Shown: piece by piece, positions 26,100 through 33,542 of the stretch
How positions within the stretch are numbered: position 1 is the stretch's first letter
Layout of the letters: each line of letters begins with the position of its first letter
Virus record (IMG/VR): IMGVR_UViG_3300005512_000068
Span: 1-45,853 of that record
Source of the DNA: a virus
Lineage: Duplodnaviria > Caudoviricetes
Length of the DNA: 45,853 nt
Direction: 5' to 3' (one strand)
The notes under the pieces: model-generated
Databases searched by the model: none
Told to the model about the DNA's origin: nothing
What the model saw: the letters and a program-made list of their open reading frames with translations, nothing else
Position numbers and translations under genes: made by a program

Positions 26100-27833
26100 A
26101 TGCAAGACGTTTTAAAGGCCTTGCAGGACGATTTCAAGCTGTTCTTACAAGCTCTGTGGGAGCAGCTTGACCTACCGAGTCCTACTCGTGCTCAATACTC
26201 AATTGCAGACTACCTACAGAACGGTCCTAAACGACTACAGATCCAAGCCTTCCGAGGAGTCGGCAAAAGCTGGATCACTGGTGCGTTCGTTCTCTGGACT
26301 CTGTTTAAAGACTCAGAAAAGAAGATCATGATTATCTCTGCCTCTAAAGAGAGAGCAGACAACATGAGTATCTTCCTTCAAAAGCTAATCATCGAAACTC
26401 CTTGGCTTAAACACTTACAACCTAAAGCAGAAGACTCAAGATGGAGCCGTATTTCCTTCGACGTGAATTGCAGTCCACACCAAGCGCCTTCCGTGAAGAG
26501 TGTGGGTATCACTGGCCAACTGACTGGTTCACGTGCAGACCTAATGATTCTGGACGACGTAGAAGTACCAGGCAACTCAATGACAGAACTGATGAGGGAA
26601 AAACTTCTTCAGTTGTGTACAGAGGCAGAATCTATCCTAACGCCCAAGCCAGATTCACGCATCCTTATCCTAGGCACACCTCAAACGACCTTTACTATCT
26701 ATCGCAAACTAGCTGAACGTAACTACCGTCCTTTTGTTTGGCCTGCTAGATACCCACGTAACTCTAAGTTGTATGAGGGCCTGTTAGCTCCACAGCTACA
26801 AGAAGATATTGATAGAGGTGCAGAACCGTGGGAAGTAACTGACCCAGATCGCTTTGATAACGATGACTTACTTGAACGTGAAGCGTCTATGGGACGCAGC
26901 AACTTTATGTTGCAATTTATGGTCGACACCAGCCTCTCAGACGCGGAGAAATTCCCACTCAAGATGGCTGACCTTGTTGTTACCAGTGTCAATCCCTCTC
27001 TTGCTCCTGACAACATCGTCTGGTGCTCAGACCCAGCCAACGTCATTAAAGAACTCCCAACTGTCGGACTACCTGGAGATTATTTCTACAGTCCAATGCA
27101 GTTATCTGGAGAGTGGAGTCCTTACACAGAAACAATCTGCTCAGTTGACCCGTCGGGTAGAGGCACGGATGAGACAGCAGCGGCTTATCTCTCCCAACAC
27201 AATGGTTTTCTGTTCTTGCATGAGGTGCGAGCTTACAGAGATGGATACTCTGACCAGACGCTATTGGACATTCTGAGAGGCTGCGGTAAGTACGGTGTAA
27301 CCAAGCTTGTCGTAGAAACCAACTTCGGTGACGGCTTAGTAGCTGAACTATTTAAGAAACACCTAGTACAAACAAAACAATTAGTAGATGTAGAGGAAGT
27401 CCGTGCAAACGTACGCAAAGAGGATCGGATTATTGATGCTCTTGAGCCTGTTCTCAATCAACATCGCTTGGTCGTTGACAAAAAGGTCGTCGAATGGGAT
27501 TTCAAATCAAACCCAGATGAAGCTCCCGAAAAACGACTCCTGTATATGCTCTTCTACCAGATGAGTCGTATGTGTAGAGAGAAGGGTGCAGTCAAACACG
27601 ATGACAGGCTCGACTGCCTAGCCCAAGGCGTTAAGTACTTTACTGATGCTATGGCTATCTCTGCTCACGAACAGATCAAGCTTAAAAAGCAAGAAGAATG
27701 GCAAGACCTAATCGATTCTTGGTTAGATGATCCTGAAGCAGCAGCTTCACAAATGGCATTCGGAATGGATCTAAACACTAGAAAAAAGGCAAGAATGCTA
27801 GCTGGTAAAAAGACAGTGCCCACCTGGGTTTAG
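26100..27833 (+). CDS. terL: Terminase large subunit (T7 gp19-like)
   Basis: IQAFRGVGKSW Walker A, MILDDVE Walker B, VDPSGRGTDETA and HDDRLD nuclease motifs. Confidence 0.97.
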   Translation: MQDVLKALQDDFKLFLQALWEQLDLPSPTRAQYSIADYLQNGPKRLQIQAFRGVGKSWITGAFVLWTLFKDSEKKIMIISASKERADNMSIFLQKLIIETPWLKHLQPKAEDSRWSRISFDVNCSPHQAPSVKSVGITGQLTGSRADLMILDDVEVPGNSMTELMREKLLQLCTEAESILTPKPDSRILILGTPQTTFTIYRKLAERNYRPFVWPARYPRNSKLYEGLLAPQLQEDIDRGAEPWEVTDPDRFDNDDLLEREASMGRSNFMLQFMVDTSLSDAEKFPLKMADLVVTSVNPSLAPDNIVWCSDPANVIKELPTVGLPGDYFYSPMQLSGEWSPYTETICSVDPSGRGTDETAAAYLSQHNGFLFLHEVRAYRDGYSDQTLLDILRGCGKYGVTKLVVETNFGDGLVAELFKKHLVQTKQLVDVEEVRANVRKEDRIIDALEPVLNQHRLVVDKKVVEWDFKSNPDEAPEKRLLYMLFYQMSRMCREKGAVKHDDRLDCLAQGVKYFTDAMAISAHEQIKLKKQEEWQDLIDSWLDDPEAAASQMAFGMDLNTRKKARMLAGKKTVPTWV

Positions 27834-27835
27834 CT

Positions 27836-27855
27836 TGGTGTGGGCCTTATACAGG
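27836..27855 (+). promoter_or_regulatory. Candidate phage RNA polymerase promoter, copy 1
   Basis: TGGTGTGGGCCTTATACAGG, exact repeat of 34352-34371; TATA-like melting region then a purine-rich start. Confidence 0.65.
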
Positions 27856-27982
27856 AGGAGGGAAGGGTGGACCCACCTTCTGTGAGAGGAGTCGTTGATC
27901 TAAAGACCAACACTCCTCTCCTATTACACAAGAAATGGCGTAGCCATTACTCAAGAAATTCTTATTCACATTCGCTACCCAC

Positions 27983-28267
27983 ATGGAATATAAGTATGAA
28001 GGTAATACTAATGATTGTAGTGTTACTTATAACCGTACTCACACTGGCCCTAACTTCTTTGTTGTCTACTACAAGAATGCAGCTCAGATTAGGTTTACTC
28101 CTAAAGAAGTAGGAAGAGTATTTGGAATAGCTAAGTTTACTCCCTGGGTTAATGCCGCAAGAGATTGGGCTAAAGAGATGGTAGCTAAGTATGAAAAGGG
28201 ATCATCTGAATCATCCCTTAGTGATGATCAGGATGATACAGATACAACTACTAAGATGGTGATATGA
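27983..28267 (+). CDS. Hypothetical protein
   Basis: 94-aa ORF with ATGA coupling to the next ORF. Confidence 0.7.
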   Translation: MEYKYEGNTNDCSVTYNRTHTGPNFFVVYYKNAAQIRFTPKEVGRVFGIAKFTPWVNAARDWAKEMVAKYEKGSSESSLSDDQDDTDTTTKMVI

Positions 28268-28440
28268 GTAATGCTCTTATCTTCTTTCAAGTAGTAGTAC
28301 TTAACTGTCTCTCTCCTTCTAATATCACCGGGTGTCTTGATTACAACCAGTGGTTACCACAATATGTCAACGACTATTGCCGTTTTCGCTTACATGAACC
28401 GTACTCAACTGAGAAAACATGGCTACAAGAAAACAGTTAG
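28264..28440 (+). CDS. Small hypothetical protein (58 aa; not in ORF track)
   Basis: MSNALIFFQVVVLNCLSPSNITGCLDYNQWLPQY...; coupled start. Confidence 0.6.
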   Translation: MSNALIFFQVVVLNCLSPSNITGCLDYNQWLPQYVNDYCRFRLHEPYSTEKTWLQENS

Positions 28441-28550
28441 AAGAGGCTCTTCGTCTTGTTCGGGAAGTTAATGGTAGTCCTGACATCATTGCAGCCTTGT
28501 TGTCCGCTTTAGAACGTAAAACTGATGACGATGATGCAGATCGAGACTGA
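28419..28550 (+). CDS. Small hypothetical protein (43 aa; not in ORF track)
   Basis: MATRKQLEEALRLVREVNGSPDIIAALLSALERKTDDDDADRD; part of an overlapping chain. Confidence 0.55.
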   Translation: MATRKQLEEALRLVREVNGSPDIIAALLSALERKTDDDDADRD

Positions 28551-28695
28551 TATTAATGGCATTAAGCTGTTGATGTACTCTGTAGAGCAAGCTTTGAGGG
28601 TATGGCCTGGTGGGAATCCCGGTCAACAGGTAGAACTGATGGAATTAAAGGTGTTTCTGCAAAGGTGTCTCCTTGAGCTCAGCATGGATTTTTGA
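28531..28695 (+). CDS. Small hypothetical protein (54 aa; not in ORF track)
   Basis: Contains WPGGNPGQQ, resembling a cyanophage WPGG-x-P-x-EQ family as recalled; last gene before the non-coding region. Confidence 0.65.
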   Translation: MMQIETDINGIKLLMYSVEQALRVWPGGNPGQQVELMELKVFLQRCLLELSMDF

Positions 28696-28984
28696 CAGAA
28701 ATTTCTGAAGCCTTATATCGATACAGCCAGGCCGCGATTCACCCTCATAGGGCCTCACACGTCTGCTAGTCGTGCGAAAAACACTGGTATCACTAGCTTT
28801 TTGCTGCTTCATCTCGCCTGTCCGCTAGGCTCGCTCAATGTGAAGCGATCTGTTCGGCGGTTAACCTTTGGTTATGTATTGACCAATGATTGATAAGAAC
28901 AATTAATAACCATTGGTATGACTAGCCTTTGACCATGTGATGTGACAGCTATTCAACTGACTACCGATCCACTACGGTATGCTG

Positions 28985-29383
28985 AGACCAGTATGTTTCT
29001 TTTGATGGTTGAGTATCTCGACTCTCCCTGAAAAGGGTGAGGAGAGTCTCGATCCTTCAACCAAGAAACAACTGAAGAGTCTGGCTAGTCGGTGGCGAAC
29101 CGCTCCTAACCAGCAACAAACCAATCGAGAAATCGTCCACTTACAGCTCCGGTGCTCCTTCAGGACCTGTACCTTAGTGGACAAGCAACCAAATCACAGG
29201 GCTCGACAGAGCACAGCTGCTGAGGAACCAGCGGAATCACCAGAGGGCAAGACTGACCTGGGATGTGATGGGAATACACCTGACTCATCAACAGATGAGT
29301 GGTCAACACATGCCGTGAGCTAGCCAGCTAGCCATCCGAGTTCATGCCTTGGACACGGCCTTGCGTCTACAAGGACGCAACCT
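28985..29383 (+). ncRNA. Putative structured early leader / ncRNA
   Basis: Back-to-back hairpins and multibranch folds visible by eye (see findings); no convincing ORF. Confidence 0.5.
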
Positions 29384-29407
29384 ATTCACTAACGTATTGT
29401 TTATTAC

Positions 29408-29665
29408 ATGTTCAATCAAATCATTCTCAACCGTCACTCTGACGCTGTCTACAGCCTGTCAGTCAATGCCTTACTGGGCTGTGTCTTTGTTGAGTACAAA
29501 TCTGGAGGTTATTACCTCTACAAGAATGTGAGTCGGCGAGCAATCGTCAACCTCATGATGAATCCCAACATGAGCTTGGGCTTCTGGGTTAATAGCAACT
29601 GCAAGGTTGCACGGACCAAGTGCTTTGGCTATGCCAACGCTGGCTCTGCTCCTTCCTACTGCTAA
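29408..29665 (+). CDS. Early hypothetical protein (KTSC-like pattern)
   Basis: VEYKSGGYYLYKNVSRRAIVNLMMNPNMSLGFWVN; first ORF of the early region. Confidence 0.75.
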   Translation: MFNQIILNRHSDAVYSLSVNALLGCVFVEYKSGGYYLYKNVSRRAIVNLMMNPNMSLGFWVNSNCKVARTKCFGYANAGSAPSYC

Positions 29666-29758
29666 TTAATACACTCAGGTATTAGTTGCACTCAGCCATC
29701 TCATTCGAGTTGGTTTTCTGCAGCTCATAGCTGCTGTTCACTTAACACACTCATTCAG

Positions 29759-30091
29759 ATGCGTAAGCTTGAGAAAGCGATGAACCATGCCATTGAGTAC
29801 GACAAGGACTCATGGCAGCTTGGTAACACAAAGGTGACCAAGGATGGTGACACTCACCGTGTATATCTGCACGGCAATGAGATTGCCAGACTTGGCGACA
29901 CTATCTTTCAGATCAGACACGCTGGTTGGACTACTAGCACCACTAAGTCACGCTTAAATGCAATACTTAGTGAGCATGGAGCCGACGGTGATCACATCTA
30001 TCAGAAAGATTATGTGTGGTACTTCCACAATGGTGTCGATAACACGGACACTGAGATGACTGATGAATGGATGGATCTTCCCATCTTTTGA
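29759..30091 (+). CDS. Early hypothetical protein
   Basis: VYLHGNEIA..GWTTSTTKSRLNA..IYQKDYVWY; 110 aa. Confidence 0.8.
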   Translation: MRKLEKAMNHAIEYDKDSWQLGNTKVTKDGDTHRVYLHGNEIARLGDTIFQIRHAGWTTSTTKSRLNAILSEHGADGDHIYQKDYVWYFHNGVDNTDTEMTDEWMDLPIF

Positions 30092-30120
30092 TTCACTAAT
30101 CCACTAACGTACTTATCATC

Positions 30121-30285
30121 ATGAGTTACTACATCAACCGACAGGAAGGCAGGTACCACGAGACCTGCGACGAATACCAATCACGTAGTGAGGCATACAA
30201 GATGCTCTATGAGTATCAGATCATGGATCATGGACGTGCTTGGTATTACGTATCAGAGAAAGCTCGCCCTAACTGGGACGACTGA
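30121..30285 (+). CDS. Early hypothetical protein (54 aa; not in ORF track)
   Basis: MSYYINRQEGRYHETCDEYQSRSEAYKMLYEYQ... Confidence 0.65.
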   Translation: MSYYINRQEGRYHETCDEYQSRSEAYKMLYEYQIMDHGRAWYYVSEKARPNWDD

Positions 30286-30372
30286 CTCTCTCCTTAATGC
30301 ATTCCTATCCACTCAAGGATAGGTTGCATCTATGAGGGATTCAAACCTCAATTGTTCTTTGCTTGCAATTAA

Positions 30373-30546
30373 ATGCGATACAACCCACGGACTGATCAAG
30401 CCATTGATATTGATGTGATTGCACAACAGTGCATGGACGCAGTGATTGCTGCGACTGGATCAAAGTTTAATCGTGATGATGAGTATCACGGTGCCATTAA
30501 CTATGGCAATTCATTCCCTGAAGATTGGTATTGGATGGGTAACTGA
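30373..30546 (+). CDS. Early hypothetical protein (57 aa; not in ORF track)
   Basis: MRYNPRTDQAIDIDVIAQQCMDAV...; TGATG coupling. Confidence 0.65.
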   Translation: MRYNPRTDQAIDIDVIAQQCMDAVIAATGSKFNRDDEYHGAINYGNSFPEDWYWMGN

Positions 30547-30707
30547 TGACTAAGTACGAAGTATTCATTACTAATCCAGACAAGGATGTAGTAGGTAAAT
30601 CACTTGGTGTCGTTAAAGATATCAAGGATGCAGTACGCATTGCTGATTTCTACAGAGAGAAACTACCTCACGTTACTTGCACTTATCGGCCACTCACTAT
30701 CAACTAA
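30546..30707 (+). CDS. Early hypothetical protein (53 aa; not in ORF track)
   Basis: MTKYEVFITNPDKDVVGKSLG...; coupled at both ends. Confidence 0.65.
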   Translation: MTKYEVFITNPDKDVVGKSLGVVKDIKDAVRIADFYREKLPHVTCTYRPLTIN

Positions 30708-30982
30708 TGAACACTACCACCGAAGTAACTTACACGGACGTAGAGGTGATGAACCTCATGCACTTTGAATGGGAGGATGAATTGTATATTGAATTGGATA
30801 GCATGGACTCTATCAAGGTGTCATGCAAACCTGATCGATACATTCAACTACTGCGCAATCTCTTGTGTTCTGGTAAACCAGTAATCACTGAGGATTCTGA
30901 GTGTCTCAAGAAACAATGTGAGATTAATCAACTCAAGGAGATCAAGAATAAGTTAAATAGCATGGCTATTCTTGAGGACTAA
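30707..30982 (+). CDS. Early hypothetical protein
   Basis: TAATG-coupled ATG at 30707 within the tracked ORF. Confidence 0.7.
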   Translation: MNTTTEVTYTDVEVMNLMHFEWEDELYIELDSMDSIKVSCKPDRYIQLLRNLLCSGKPVITEDSECLKKQCEINQLKEIKNKLNSMAILED

Positions 30983-31014
30983 ATATACACGTTACGACGC
31001 AATCGCGGAGACTA

Positions 31015-31176
31015 ATGAATAAATACTATGTGATTTTGTCCAGCGGGCTCTACACAATTGAGGCCGCCGATGACGAGGACGCAGCATGGCTGGCCTCTGA
31101 CTTGTCCAAGGACGTTGATAGCCCACTGCTCGATGTTGTCTCATTTAATGAAACCCAAAAAGCCCTATTTGCCTAA
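31015..31176 (+). CDS. Early hypothetical protein (53 aa; not in ORF track)
   Basis: GGAG RBS; MNKYYVILSSGLYTIEAADDEDAAWLASDLS... Confidence 0.65.
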   Translation: MNKYYVILSSGLYTIEAADDEDAAWLASDLSKDVDSPLLDVVSFNETQKALFA

Positions 31177-31468
31177 CAACTGGCAACGATACAAGGACGC
31201 ACCTGAAGAGGTGTTCAAGTCACTTAGTTTTGAAGAGTTTCACGACTGGAGAATCTGCTCGTGGGATATACCTGACTCAGTGTGTGCAATTGTCCGAGTA
31301 CAAAACAAGGACACCATGAAAGTCAAAGAATATGTATATCGCACCATGAATGGTGTTGAGAAACGTGTTCACAAACTAATGGAAGATCCAGCTAACGAAA
31401 TAACTATTTGCGATTCAGATGAAATCCACCTTATCCGACACGATGACTCCTTGCTTGACAATGACTGA
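31148..31468 (+). CDS. Early hypothetical protein
   Basis: MKPKKPYLPNNWQRYKDAPEE..KVKEYVY; ATG at 31148 preferred over the tracked start. Confidence 0.75.
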   Translation: MKPKKPYLPNNWQRYKDAPEEVFKSLSFEEFHDWRICSWDIPDSVCAIVRVQNKDTMKVKEYVYRTMNGVEKRVHKLMEDPANEITICDSDEIHLIRHDDSLLDND

Positions 31469-31583
31469 AATCGAAGAGCTTTCACCTGAGGAATATTCCT
31501 ATTTCCTCTCCTTTGGTGATCCATTGAAGCCCAACACGCTTGAACAGATGATCGATAACTTCTTGGAAGGTTACTGTATTTGA
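31461..31583 (+). CDS. Small acidic hypothetical protein (40 aa; not in ORF track)
   Basis: MTEIEELSPEEYSYFLSFGD...; overlaps the previous stop. Confidence 0.5.
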   Translation: MTEIEELSPEEYSYFLSFGDPLKPNTLEQMIDNFLEGYCI

Positions 31584-31721
31584 GAAGATATAGATAACCT
31601 GGCTTCACAAATGTTTATGTGCAAAGTCACAGCACAGAACTCAACAATATTGTGTAGTAAGGCATACAACCTGCACGCTGTCTGATACAACAATAGGTAT
31701 ATCTCTCATGAGGATCCAAGG

Positions 31722-31910
31722 TTGAAGCGCGTTCAAGTTCTCATGAGTGAGTCATGCCATCGCATCCTAAAGCAGGTCGCCGTACTTGAGGGTATGACGA
31801 TGAGCGAGTTCATGTATCGATGTTCTCGTGCGTACATCCACAAAAAGGCAAATGAAGATAACCATTTTTTTACTATTCTTCAGTCAGAGGGAATGACACC
31901 GGATAATTAA
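31722..31910 (+). CDS. Ribbon-helix-helix DNA-binding protein
   Basis: KRVQVLMS strand, then HRILKQVAVLEG-MTMSEFM helix-Gly-helix pattern; TTG start with GAGG upstream. Confidence 0.7.
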   Translation: MKRVQVLMSESCHRILKQVAVLEGMTMSEFMYRCSRAYIHKKANEDNHFFTILQSEGMTPDN

Positions 31911-32046
31911 CCTGTTCTTCACCTTTTTTTTGTGACCATCTTCTACTTCAACGACTTCTACTTGGGCTGGGATCCCATTAGTTTCTTTAATGTATCTATC
32001 CACATAGGCAACCTTAGCCTAGAGTGGACGAGTCAACCATCTGAAC

Positions 32047-32400
32047 ATGGATCCACTCCGCTCTCAATGTACCGATGCGCAGATGGAACGACTGCTCAAA
32101 GCAATGGATCTGCTGAGGATTCTCGATAGAGAAATGCCAGCTCAGGTCACCTCTTGTTTCTTGTATGTGGCATCACATAAGAACTGCCACAAGCAAGCGA
32201 TGGAGGAGTATCTGGACATATCCGCTGCTTCTGGATCACGTAACACTGACTGGCTTGGCAAACACCATCGACTAGGCAAGCCTGGACTTGAACTGATCCA
32301 GAAAGAGCAAGATCCAACCAACCGCCGCAGAGCTGTATTGAACCTGACCGATCGCGGTCAGCGTGTTGTAAAGCAACTTCGATCAATCCTCTATGACTGA
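32047..32400 (+). CDS. MarR-type winged-helix transcriptional regulator
   Basis: ISAASGSRNTDWL..LIQKEQDPTNRRRAVLNLTDRG; directly before the integrase. Confidence 0.85.
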   Translation: MDPLRSQCTDAQMERLLKAMDLLRILDREMPAQVTSCFLYVASHKNCHKQAMEEYLDISAASGSRNTDWLGKHHRLGKPGLELIQKEQDPTNRRRAVLNLTDRGQRVVKQLRSILYD

Positions 32401-33292
32401 ACTACAAACGTACCAACAATGCGTTAGGTACATGTATGAGAACAATCCTGTATGGATTCCTCATCAAGGCAAGAAGATTTGGTGTCACTCAGATACCAAA
32501 TGGTTCATGGAGATCATGAGCCCACGCTTTCCGATTGATTGCATCGATGACGGTGTGATTAAAAAGGTAGTGTCAGAGATGAAGAAGCAAGGTAAGTCCA
32601 ACGGCACTTGCAACCGTGTCATCTCTACATCACAAAGCGTTCTTAACTACTGCTACGTGCGTAAGCAAATAGCAAAAGGACCTTGGAAACTTTCGCACAA
32701 CAAGCTGCCTGAAACCAAAGGACGCATGGTGACCTATACGGTTGCTGATGCGCTCAAGATGGTCAAGACAGCCAAAGCCCATCGATTCCCTATGTGGAAT
32801 GACATGGCTGATTTCATCAAAGCTTCTGCATTCACAGGATGCAGGCAGGGTGAACTTTTAGCGTTACGATGCGGCGACGTGTTGTTCGATTCCGGCAACC
32901 TACAAGTCTGGCAACCCAAGCCAAAGCAATACCGGATGCTGCCAATTGAGCGCAAGCTCGTGCTCCCAATCCTCCAAGAGAGGTGCAGGGACATGCCTGA
33001 AGGTGAATATGTCTTCGGCAATGATTGGCTTAACCGTGATCAAAACGCACGGGTATTCCGGGATGTACGAGACCTAGCTTTTGGAGATGAGAAGCGTTAT
33101 CCGCTTCACGTCCTGCGCAATTGTTTCGTCTCTGTGCTCGCTAAGTTGGGTTATTCAGCTGTTGATATTTGCCGCATCATGGGTCACTCTTCAATCGCTG
33201 TTACTGAGCGCTACATGGTTGCTTACAGCAACGTGCAGCATCAGATGATCGCTGATTTGTCAAGCCTTCTCGAAAACGAGTGGGACGAGTGA
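32393..33292 (+). CDS. int: Tyrosine integrase/recombinase
   Basis: FTGCRQGELLAL, HVLR, MGHSSIAVTERY catalytic motifs intact. Confidence 0.92.
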   Translation: MTELQTYQQCVRYMYENNPVWIPHQGKKIWCHSDTKWFMEIMSPRFPIDCIDDGVIKKVVSEMKKQGKSNGTCNRVISTSQSVLNYCYVRKQIAKGPWKLSHNKLPETKGRMVTYTVADALKMVKTAKAHRFPMWNDMADFIKASAFTGCRQGELLALRCGDVLFDSGNLQVWQPKPKQYRMLPIERKLVLPILQERCRDMPEGEYVFGNDWLNRDQNARVFRDVRDLAFGDEKRYPLHVLRNCFVSVLAKLGYSAVDICRIMGHSSIAVTERYMVAYSNVQHQMIADLSSLLENEWDE

Positions 33293-33358
33293 CCTGATGA
33301 GATACCATTTTTCCACCAGCGCCGTGAGATTTGACTCACGTGTCTCGCTGAAACACCA

Positions 33359-33402
33359 GCGGATGTGGTGGAATTGGTAGACACGCACGTTTGAGGGACG
33401 CG
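33359..33402 (+). mobile_element. Putative attP core: 5' half of tRNA-Leu(GAG)
   Basis: GCGGATGTGGTGGAATTGGTAGACACGCACGTTTGAGGG covers acceptor 5' strand, D arm and anticodon loop (GAG); no T arm follows; 66 nt after the int stop. Confidence 0.85.
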
Positions 33403-33426
33403 CTGTTCTCACGTGCACAGACGGAT

Positions 33427-33457
33427 AGGTCAGGGAGAAATCCTTGACCTTCCTTTC
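33427..33457 (+). terminator. GAAA-tetraloop hairpin between attP and RNAP; weak terminator or processing site
   Basis: AGGTCAGGGA-GAAA-TCCTTGACCT followed by TCCTTTC. Confidence 0.5.
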
Positions 33458-33542
33458 ATACCAACGGATCCACTAACGTACACATTAAAAAGAAAAAACG
33501 TGTGCGTCTTTGTAAACAATTACAACTGCGAGGTCTACCTAT

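Noticed and set aside
27840-28112. 90-aa ORF after terL
   Set aside because: Starts inside the promoter candidate and hairpins and overlaps the better ORF 27983-28267
28855-28882. dif/Xer recombination site (TTATGT half-site)
   Set aside because: Only 6 nt match the XerD arm; spacing and XerC arm do not fit
28989-29105. Hammerhead ribozyme (GTA, stem, CTGAAGAG...CGAAC)
   Set aside because: Core has GAAC rather than GAAA, stem II is poor and stem III cannot form
29009-29323. 104-aa ORF in the early leader
   Set aside because: Non-ATG start, no RBS, atypical composition, and it coincides with dense RNA structure
28967-30320. The 14-bp motif as a host NtcA or LexA box
   Set aside because: NtcA is GTA-N8-TAC and the cyanobacterial LexA box has a shorter spacer; orientation and 6-nt spacing do not match
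31932-32129. 65-aa ORF before the MarR-like gene
   Set aside because: GTG start after a T run with no RBS, and a C-terminal half overlapping the MarR-like gene; may be real but I cannot support it
33294-33360. Hammerhead ribozyme (CTGATGAG...GAAAC) after the integrase
   Set aside because: Stem II register does not place GAAA next to the closing pair; the region is better explained as an attP arm
33359-33440. Complete tRNA-Leu gene
   Set aside because: Similarity stops after the anticodon arm, with no T arm or 3' acceptor strand; treated as attP
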